A stretch of DNA of 62,108 nt, the filler included, from Nemertoderma westbladi (taxonomy: Eukaryota; Animalia; Xenacoelomorpha): the NCBI GenBank assembly GCA_032718475.1. It is 3 parts of 3 records of this genome, joined end to end, with 100 filler letters (N's around TTAATTAATTAA, not from the genome) between each part and the next. Parts side by side here need not be neighbours in the genome. Positions count along the whole stretch, not along the records: positions 48,391 to 62,108 come from JAUCBJ010003654.1; 2 more parts are not named here. One strand, written 5' to 3'. Both the position numbers and the translations under genes were made by a program. Each line of letters begins with the position of its first letter. The stretch's first letter is position 1. Positions 60,747 through 62,108 of the stretch are shown in pieces. The notes beneath the pieces were generated by a model that was given only the letters and a program-made list of their open reading frames with translations, had not been told where the DNA came from and made no database searches.

Positions 60747-62108
60747 GTAGGGCGGTGCGTTTTTTACTTTTTTTCGATTTCATTGTTCTACCGGTGCACA
60801 AAAGTTGCCAAATGGTAAAAAAATAAGGCAAAAAAAATTTCTTTAAATTTCGTCTATGTCTTCACGGATCCCAAGAGGGTTGAAATTTTGTGCCATCGCG
60901 ATGCACCATAATGAAATTTATAACAATATAACACATTGATGAAAGATCAATGACTCAAAAAAGAACTTCCTGCATGCATCAAATGTCATCAAATGGGTCC
61001 AAACTTAGTTAGATACCAAAATTTTAATTTTTGGATCAAGGGAAGTTGTGCCACAGGCACATGACCAGAACCTACTCTTTGGCGCAAGTGATGATTATTC
61101 CCAATTTTGGTGATGGACAACTTTTAGTTCTCCTACGGCATTATTATTATGCTCATTAGAACCGCAATGACCGACTTAGTGGGGGTAGACACCATCAAAA
61201 CAAGCGTAGAGCGAATAGTTCTTGAGATATTACAGAAAATGTTAAGTACGGCACATGTCAACATTACCGCCTTGATGATTTATAGACAAATACACAAAAA
61301 TGTTACTTCTAATTATCTTAAGGCATCAAAAATATACACATCACTGCAACAAATTGATTTAGTGTATACAGAGACCTTCAAAATTAAAGAGTAGTACATA
61401 ATTCACTATAGTTTTTGTACAAAATGTGTGGAATGGGTCAACTCAATATCAAGTAGTAATTGGTGGACATAGTCTTGACATTTTGTAAAATAACTCAAGA
61501 ACTAATGACTCTACTCTTATTTTGAAGGTGTCTTCACCCACTATATCGATCATTTCTGTGATGTGTCTATTTTTTGATTCCTTGAGATAATTCAAAATAT
61601 CATTTATTGTGTATTTGTCCATATCACATCAAGGCGGTAATGTAGACTTGTGCCGTACTTCACATTTTCTGCGATATCTCAAGAACTATTCGCTCTACGT
61701 TTGTTTTGAAGGTGTCTACCCCCACTAAATCGGCCATTGCGGTTCTAATGAGCATAATATGAATGCAGTAGGAGAACTCAAAGTTGGCCATCGCGAAAAT
61801 TGAGAATAATCATCACTTGCGCCAAATGGTAGGTTCTGGCCATGTGCCTGTGGCACTAGTTCCCTTGACCCAAAAGTTAAAATTTTGGTATCTAACTAAG
61901 TTTGGACCCATTTGATGACATTTGATGCATGCAGGAAGTTCTTTTTTGAGTCATTGATCTTTCATCAATGTGTTATATTGTTATACATTTCATTATGGTG
62001 CATCGCGATGGCACAAAATTTCAACCCTCTTGGGATCCGTGAAGATATAGATGAAATTTAAAGAAATTTTTTTTGCCTTATTTTTTTACCATTTGGCAAC
62101 TTTTGTGC
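60747..62108. mobile_element. Foldback-type element with ~500-bp inverted arms, running off the window end
   Basis: ~60796-61300 is the reverse complement of ~61605-62108 (gcacaaaagttgccaaatggtaaaaaaataaggc...; cttcacggatcccaagagggttgaaattttgtgccatcgcgatgcacc...). Confidence 0.85.

Overview
AT-rich animal (invertebrate-type) genomic DNA made of three assembled segments (1-23122, 23223-48290, 48391-62108) joined by artificial N/TTAATTAATTAA spacers. Host genes: intronless ILVBL (+), a CYP2-clan P450 (+), PIGG (+), SANBR/KIAA1841 (-), MOCS2B (+), a spliced NUP35 (-, six coding exons traced by hand) and a probable first exon of an SLC10-like transporter (+). The rest is nested mobile DNA (Penelope-like, BEL/Pao, CR1/L2-type and RTE-type LINEs, piggyBac-, hAT- and foldback-type MITEs) and minisatellites. 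Most notable: (1) a decayed ~3.7-kb coding region next to the BEL element with a DnaQ/DEDDy 3'-5' exonuclease motif series and CCHC knuckles; (2) minisatellites anchored on gene boundaries or splice-donor motifs, including a ladder of ~44 back-to-back GTAAGT...CAG units in a NUP35 intron and a 44-bp array that itself supplies the SANBR stop codon; (3) MOCS2B, with no visible MOCS2A partner, nested antisense in the 626-nt last intron of NUP35. All family calls come from motif recognition by eye; no database search was run and copy numbers are approximate.
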